Of a stretch of 64,000 nt of DNA, positions 58,414 to 64,000 are shown one piece after another (within the stretch, counting starts at the first letter, position 1; every line of letters starts with the position of its first letter). The notes below the pieces were generated by a model, which had not been told where the DNA came from, did not search any database, and saw only the letters and a program-made list of their open reading frames with translations. This stretch comes from an uncultured Candidatus Saccharibacteria bacterium (lineage in GTDB: Bacteria; Patescibacteriota; WWE3; CAZQFB01), in assembly GCA_964592525.1 (NCBI GenBank), contig CAZQFB010000001.1, positions 147,454 to 211,453 of the forward strand, given 5' to 3'. Position numbers and translations under genes: made by a program.

Positions 58414-59366
58414 GATGAATATTTATAGATAATATTATCTTTATACCAAGATACGGTTTCCTTGATTCCCGCGCTCAATTTATACTTTGGTTGGAAATTA
58501 AGCTCTTTTTTTGCTCTGCTGATATCTAATATTCTTATATCCTGACCACCTTTATTTTGTTTTTCATAAACCACTTTTCCTGTGTACGCCGTTTCTTGGA
58601 CGATGATTTCAACTAATTTTTTGATGCTAGTCCTTTCTCCTGAGGCTAAATTAAAAAGATTTGAGTTTGTTTCGGTTTCTGCTGCTAACGTTATGCCCTT
58701 AATTAAGTCTGCGATGTATATAAAATCTCTTATTTCTTTTCCGTCTCCCCACACTTTTAGCTCATTATGGTGGAAGCATTTTGATATTAATGAGGGGATT
58801 ACATGAGCATTTTCTAATGCGAAGTTATCTCGTGGACCGTAAGTATTATTGCATATTAGTGTGGTTATGTTCATTTTATACTGCATGCGGTAACATTCGG
58901 CTATCACCACTAAAGATCTTTTTGCCCAGCCCAAGCCTAAATGACTCTTGTCTATCTCCCCATCAAATAGACTACTTTCTTTGTAGGGTGGTTGGATGGA
59001 ACTAGAGAAAGCTGGGGAGCAACTTATGAGTATAATTTTGGACACATTGTTAATTCTTGAGCTCTCAACGATATTCAAATCCATTATTGAGCAATTGTAT
59101 AACTGTTGGGCTGGGTGCTCTCGACTATAGCCTAATCCGCCAATGTCACCAGCAAAGTGTATTACTAGATCCACGTTTTTCGTTACTTGCAGGCAATCTT
59201 CAAGTCGCATTAGATTTATTTTATCTTTGTCTGGGGCTAAGAGATTCTTTTGCAGTACTTTTTTGTTATTGATTAGATGACTGACAAAATTTGAGCCGAT
59301 AAAACCGGAGCCACCGGTGATTAATATTTTCTTTCTTTGCCAATAATTGTTTTTTTTCATTTCCAA
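58410..59366 (-). CDS. GDP-L-fucose synthase-like NDP-sugar epimerase/reductase
   Basis: TGGSGFIG, N.YGP.DNF, HVIP.LI, WGDG...R.F.Y. Confidence 0.8.
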   Translation of the reverse strand: MEMKKNNYWQRKKILITGGSGFIGSNFVSHLINNKKVLQKNLLAPDKDKINLMRLEDCLQVTKNVDLVIHFAGDIGGLGYSREHPAQQLYNCSIMDLNIVESSRINNVSKIILISCSPAFSSSIQPPYKESSLFDGEIDKSHLGLGWAKRSLVVIAECYRMQYKMNITTLICNNTYGPRDNFALENAHVIPSLISKCFHHNELKVWGDGKEIRDFIYIADLIKGITLAAETETNSNLFNLASGERTSIKKLVEIIVQETAYTGKVVYEKQNKGGQDIRILDISRAKKELNFQPKYKLSAGIKETVSWYKDNIIYKYSS

Positions 59367-60451
59367 TCAACCCTGTCTATCCAGGCTTCTCTGTTATCGG
59401 CATACCACTTAATTGTATGAGATATACCCTCATTCCACGAGTAACTTGGTTCCCATCCTGTTAGCCTATTTAGTTTTGAGAAATCTACTCTTAGTTCTTC
59501 AACTTCACTTTTACCAAGCCTTCCTCTCCAGCTTCCTGCATTACTTATTACTTTTTTATCTTGCCAATATCCAAGCTGTTTTCCGATGTTAAGTATCAGT
59601 TTCAACCATTTTTTCATAGATATAGTTTCACCGAAGCCAAAGCAGTAGACATTACCAGGTTTTCCGAAGAGGGCGACATGGATATGACCTAAAGCTCCGT
59701 CTTTTACAAAAGTGAAATCTCTTTTTGCACCTAAATATCCTAAAGAAATATGGTTTCTCTCTAGAGCTTGGGTAATAATGGTTCCAGTAATATATCTAGG
59801 ATTTTGTCTGGGACCATAGTTGTTAAATTTTCGAGCAACGACTGTGGGTAAATTATAGGCTCTATGATAATTCCGGAAAAGAAAGTCGCCAGTTAACTTT
59901 GAGGTAGCATAAATACTTTGTGGGTTTAATGGCGAGCGCTCGTCAAGTATTAAACCCCCATGATCGTCAAATCGGTATAGGTCTTTTAAATTTTCATCTA
60001 CATTCCCATATTCTTCAGAGCTTCCTGCATAACTAATTTTATAAGGATTAAGCTTTGTGTCTATTATTGTCTGCAGAAGATTGTGCGTTCCCAGATAGTT
60101 GGAATTGAACGTTTCAAAAGCTCTCTTCCAAGATTCTCCCACATGTGCTTGAGCAGCCAGATGAAATATTATAGGTCTCGGTTTTTGTTTAGAGCTTTTC
60201 TTTATTTCCATCAAACATTGCCGTAAAGATTCTTTATCTATTAGATCTGCTTTGTGAATGGTAATTTTTTTTCTTAGATGAGCTAGGTTTGATGTTGTTC
60301 CTGAAGAAACAGGTCTTAATATTACATGAACTTCAGCGCCATAATTTAAAAGCTCTTCTGTTAAGTGAGATCCTACGAAGCCACCAGCTCCGGTAACAAT
60401 TACTGGTCGCCCGGATAATACTTTTTTAATCCTCTCATTAGTATTTTTCAT
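59357..60451 (-). CDS. NDP-sugar 4,6-dehydratase (GDP-mannose dehydratase-like)
   Basis: TGAGGFVGSH, HLAAQAHV..SW, SSEEYG, YATSK, FN.YGPRQ. Confidence 0.85.
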   Translation of the reverse strand: MKNTNERIKKVLSGRPVIVTGAGGFVGSHLTEELLNYGAEVHVILRPVSSGTTSNLAHLRKKITIHKADLIDKESLRQCLMEIKKSSKQKPRPIIFHLAAQAHVGESWKRAFETFNSNYLGTHNLLQTIIDTKLNPYKISYAGSSEEYGNVDENLKDLYRFDDHGGLILDERSPLNPQSIYATSKLTGDFLFRNYHRAYNLPTVVARKFNNYGPRQNPRYITGTIITQALERNHISLGYLGAKRDFTFVKDGALGHIHVALFGKPGNVYCFGFGETISMKKWLKLILNIGKQLGYWQDKKVISNAGSWRGRLGKSEVEELRVDFSKLNRLTGWEPSYSWNEGISHTIKWYADNREAWIDRVDWK

Positions 60452-61542
60452 TTTTTATTACCTCCGTTACGAAGAAAATATTTAATTTCTCGACAGATTC
60501 TATTAATATCCGAGTTGGTGAGAAAAGAAGATGATGGCAACCAGAGACCATGCTTAGATGCCCAGGTAGCATTGGTAAATGTTTCGTGTGATTGATGAAC
60601 TTTTAAAGTATGAAGCGGAGGATATAGCTCAAGGGTTCCTATACCCACGCTATTTAAATAATTTTTCAAGTCTTGCGGTTTTTTTACATATATATCTGCA
60701 AACCAAGGTGTAGTCTGATTCAGATCTGTTTCCAGCATTTCCAGACCTGTTAGTCCAGTCAAATTATTTTCGTAAATTTGATAGATTTCTTTTTTTCTAT
60801 CAATTCTAGCAGGTAGTTTCTTAAGTTGTGCAAGACCTATGGCAGCTTGCAGATCAGTGAATTTAAAGTTCCAACCAATTTGGTTATGATCTTTTGAGGT
60901 TCTATTTTTTCGCCCAAAATCTTTGAGTCTATAGAGCTTATTTTTGAGTTGTATGCTGTTTGTTACTACCATCCCGCCCTGACCGGTAGTGATAATTTTT
61001 GGTGTGGAGAATGAAAAGCTACCGCAATCACCAAAGGTACCAAGATGTTTGTTCTTATGGTACGAGCCAAGCGCTTGAGCTGCATCTTCAACTATTTTTA
61101 ACTTGTGTTTCTTCGCTAAATCAAGAAGCTCTTTCATTTCTGGTGCTCGAGCATTCATAGCTACTGGGATAATTGCCTTTGTTTTGTAGGTTATCTTTTT
61201 TTCAACGAGCTTGGCATCAATTGTCAAATCTTCTCTTCTAACATCAGTTAGAACAGGTACTGCTCCCGCTAGAAGGACGGCATTTGCAGTAGCCACCATT
61301 GTCATATCGGGTACTATTACCTCATCATTAGGTTTTATTCCCAGGGCTAGTAATGAAAGTGTCAGGCTGATAGTACCATTGTTGACTGCAATCGCATGGG
61401 AGGCTCCTACAAATTCGGCAACGCGTTTTTCAAATTCCTCTGTTCTTTTTGCTTCAGTAATCCAACCTGATCTTAGACAGGCTAGTATCTCTTTCTCCTC
61501 CTCTTTGTCTGTTCTTGGTTCCATTTGATTTATTCTTTTCAC
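60448..61542 (-). CDS. DegT/DnrJ/EryC1/StrS sugar aminotransferase
   Basis: NGT..L, EDAAQA.G, SF...KIITTGQGG. Confidence 0.92.
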   Translation of the reverse strand: MKRINQMEPRTDKEEEKEILACLRSGWITEAKRTEEFEKRVAEFVGASHAIAVNNGTISLTLSLLALGIKPNDEVIVPDMTMVATANAVLLAGAVPVLTDVRREDLTIDAKLVEKKITYKTKAIIPVAMNARAPEMKELLDLAKKHKLKIVEDAAQALGSYHKNKHLGTFGDCGSFSFSTPKIITTGQGGMVVTNSIQLKNKLYRLKDFGRKNRTSKDHNQIGWNFKFTDLQAAIGLAQLKKLPARIDRKKEIYQIYENNLTGLTGLEMLETDLNQTTPWFADIYVKKPQDLKNYLNSVGIGTLELYPPLHTLKVHQSHETFTNATWASKHGLWLPSSSFLTNSDINRICREIKYFLRNGGNKK

Positions 61543-62531
61543 GACAGAGCTTTCTCCTCATACCATGAGTCATATTTTTTATCCCTGGGGTTAGTGAACA
61601 TCCCTTTTTCTATCGCTTCTTTTACCTCAACAAAGCCTTCCTCCACAGATTTATGGGGTTTAAACCCGAGATCTCTTCTTATTTTTTTGGTAGATACTCT
61701 GTAGGAGCGGGGATCTTTTTTTGTCTCTATTACTTCTATCTCAACTTCTGGCATATGTTTCTTGACCAATTCCATTAACTGCTGTTTCTGCATATTTTCC
61801 GAACTTGCGTTGTATATCTGTCCGCCGATCAGCTCTTTTGGAGCTTCTAAGCAACTCAAGTAAATATGAGCGGCGTCTCTTATATGCGTGAAAGCTCTCC
61901 AGGAGCTGGGGGAGTAAATTGTGATTTTTTTATCCAATACAGCCTCTCTTGCCAAATCATTTATTATTAAGTTGAATCTAAACTTAGGGGATAATCCAAA
62001 TACCATTGCGAAGCGCAGGATACATGGATGTATTGGGGTAAATTTGTCTGAAAGGAGAAGATCTTCAGCTTTCTTTTTAGTGATAGTATAAAGCGTAGTT
62101 AAATCTAGAGGCGCTTCCTCGTCTACTTCAATATTATTCTCTACTGCTCCGTAGTTACTACAAGTTGAGGCAAAGATAAATTTTTCTAAGCCATTTTTTA
62201 ATGCGGCATGGGCTAGGGCATTTGTTATCCCGTAATTTATCTGCTCTGTTACAACCGGATTATACTGGCAGGCTTCTTCTCCCACTAAAGCAGCCAAGTG
62301 TATCACTGAATCTGTATCTTTTATTACTTGGTCAAGGAAGCGCTTGTCTCTCAAATCACCTTTCATTAATTCAAAGTTGGGGTGTCCCACATTACCTATA
62401 AGACCCTCACCTCCGAACATCAAAAAATCTGCTACTCTAACTAAATAGCCTTTATCTAAGAGCATTGGAATTAGGGTTGAGCCAACGTAACCAGCCCCGC
62501 CAGTAATTAATATTTTTTTTCCCGTAGGCAT
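61539..62531 (-). CDS. NAD-dependent epimerase/dehydratase
   Basis: TGGAGYVG, HLAALVG, STCSNYG, YxxxK. Confidence 0.9.
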   Translation of the reverse strand: MPTGKKILITGGAGYVGSTLIPMLLDKGYLVRVADFLMFGGEGLIGNVGHPNFELMKGDLRDKRFLDQVIKDTDSVIHLAALVGEEACQYNPVVTEQINYGITNALAHAALKNGLEKFIFASTCSNYGAVENNIEVDEEAPLDLTTLYTITKKKAEDLLLSDKFTPIHPCILRFAMVFGLSPKFRFNLIINDLAREAVLDKKITIYSPSSWRAFTHIRDAAHIYLSCLEAPKELIGGQIYNASSENMQKQQLMELVKKHMPEVEIEVIETKKDPRSYRVSTKKIRRDLGFKPHKSVEEGFVEVKEAIEKGMFTNPRDKKYDSWYEEKALS

Positions 62532-62533
62532 TA

Positions 62534-63352
62534 TTACAATATCTTCCTAACTTTAGTAAATAACCAGAGTTTTCTTTTTGCAGATATTATTGGAAATGAA
62601 ACCATAAGCTGTAAAAGGTTTGTATAAAGTTTATCCACCATAGTGGCTTTATAAGACTGATAGTACATTCTTCTAGCTTTGATGGTTTGAGATTCCATTT
62701 CTTTAATTTGCTTAGATGTCATTGAATTGTCCAAAATCCTATACTTTATGAGTTTGTCTGGCAAGTTAGCAAATTTAGCATGTTTTCCTATTCTAAAATA
62801 TAACTCATAATCTTCTGCGGGGTTAAAATCGGGGTTGTATAATCCAGACTTACGTAAAACGCTCCGCCTAATAATGATGGCTGGATGACAGAAAGGGCTA
62901 TACCGAAAGATTTTACTTCTAATTTTCTTATCAGTAAGGTGATATTCTCTCTTGCCTATAGTGCGGCCAGAAGAGTTTATGATTACCATTGTCCCGCCTG
63001 AAATACCGACATCATCTTTTGTTTCCATCAATTTAACTTGTTTTTCTATTCTGGTCGGGTAAGAAATATCATCAGCATCAAAGCGAATAATATACTTGCC
63101 TTGAGCGATGTTTAAGCCTTTATTTAAAGTTCGGCTTAATTTAAGGTTTTCCTTGTTAAATATTAATTTAATTCTTGAATCTCTTTGTTTGTACTCTTTA
63201 ATTATTTTGGATGTATTATCGGTTGATTTATCATCAATTATGATGAATTCAAAGTTGCTGTATGATTGTTTTAAAATACTTTCAATTGCTTCGCTGATGT
63301 ATTTTTCAACATTGTAAGCAGGGGTTAATACTGTTACTAAAGGTTTTGTCAT
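62534..63352 (-). CDS. GT2 glycosyltransferase
   Basis: P.YN...YI...I.SIL.Q, DD.STD, DADD, EDY. Confidence 0.92.
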   Translation of the reverse strand: MTKPLVTVLTPAYNVEKYISEAIESILKQSYSNFEFIIIDDKSTDNTSKIIKEYKQRDSRIKLIFNKENLKLSRTLNKGLNIAQGKYIIRFDADDISYPTRIEKQVKLMETKDDVGISGGTMVIINSSGRTIGKREYHLTDKKIRSKIFRYSPFCHPAIIIRRSVLRKSGLYNPDFNPAEDYELYFRIGKHAKFANLPDKLIKYRILDNSMTSKQIKEMESQTIKARRMYYQSYKATMVDKLYTNLLQLMVSFPIISAKRKLWLFTKVRKIL

Positions 63353-63353
63353 C

Positions 63354-64000
63354 TTATTGGCGCCAAGCGGATCTTGGCAGTTCTTTTGTTGATAAGAGAC
63401 CTTTTAAAGTGCCTAGTGAGTATTCCCAGAGAGTAATGAGGCAAGCTAGGGGGTGAAAACACCAGGCTTTATCTTTAATCTTCCCATATCCTCTAGCGCT
63501 ATCTAATAAGGGGGGGATTAATAAAGCGCTATAAATTGTAAACTTGATAATGGCTACCTTGCCTCTTTTATCACTGGACCATGAGATATTTCTATGATTC
63601 TGGCTTTGGTGATAAAGATAATCCGAGACTCTTCTTTTTTGTTTTCGTTTAAATTTGATAATACTAGCTTCGCAGAAGGTGTGGATAATGCCAATCTTTA
63701 CCTTAGCTATTTTGAGGTAGTTTCTTTTTCGGACCTCGCTTGCGATGATGTCTATGTCAAAAAGATACTCCTGGTTAATAAGGGAGTTTTTTAAAAAAGG
63801 TGTTTTAAAGATAGTGCCATTGGCGCCAATGGTTGGGACAGGTTTATGGTTAGCAAGGGTTACTTTCAGCCACTCACCTTTATCCTCTTCTTCAAGAGTT
63901 ATACCAGTCCATTTTCCAGTTAGATGGTTAAGGCGGTCATAATTGCCAAAAAATAGTACCATGGGATCATTGACACCAATTAACGCGGAATACCTCTCAA
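63354..64000 (-). CDS. C-terminal part of a probable glycosyltransferase (continues beyond the window)
   Basis: Frame is open to the window edge; GANG and FDID motifs; lies in the glycan operon. Confidence 0.6.
   Translation of the reverse strand, partial: ERYSALIGVNDPMVLFFGNYDRLNHLTGKWTGITLEEEDKGEWLKVTLANHKPVPTIGANGTIFKTPFLKNSLINQEYLFDIDIIASEVRKRNYLKIAKVKIGIIHTFCEASIIKFKRKQKRRVSDYLYHQSQNHRNISWSSDKRGKVAIIKFTIYSALLIPPLLDSARGYGKIKDKAWCFHPLACLITLWEYSLGTLKGLLSTKELPRSAWRQ

Noticed and set aside
5499-63942. Numerous short ORFs nested in or antisense to long genes
   Set aside because: They have no recognisable motifs and are fully overlapped by well-supported genes.
1-64000. Second VR, prophage, IS elements, rRNA
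   Set aside because: By eye I found no other TR-like sequence and no structural phage, integrase, transposase or rRNA signatures; a computational scan could still find weak matches.

Overview
Bacterial chromosomal window that looks like a Patescibacteria/CPR genome. This is an inference from gene content, mostly leaderless core genes and a CPR-type DGR. 1-20 kb is a patchwork of accessory, membrane and secreted genes. It includes a RelB/YafQ-type toxin-antitoxin pair embedded in an array of dispersed non-coding repeats, and a histidine T-box riboswitch directly upstream of its own cognate tRNA-His, an unknown 269-aa protein and a His-rich micro-ORF. 20-28.7 kb holds sod, VIT1, htrA, mutS and mutL. 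28.7-31.75 kb is a complete diversity-generating retroelement (DGR). It has a target gene with a 127-bp VR, a TR differing from it at 18 positions that are all TR adenines, an antisense avd, and a YCDD reverse transcriptase, and it directly abuts mutL. 33.7-64 kb is a large surface-glycan locus, AT-richer beyond about 37.7 kb, with GT2/GT4/GT-C enzymes, a flippase, 5 SAM methyltransferases, gmhA/hddA and NDP-sugar enzymes. A short motif (CYATAGT) recurs in the spacers of seven sigma70-like promoters of SD-led accessory genes, including the DGR target. All calls are by eye; no database searches were run.
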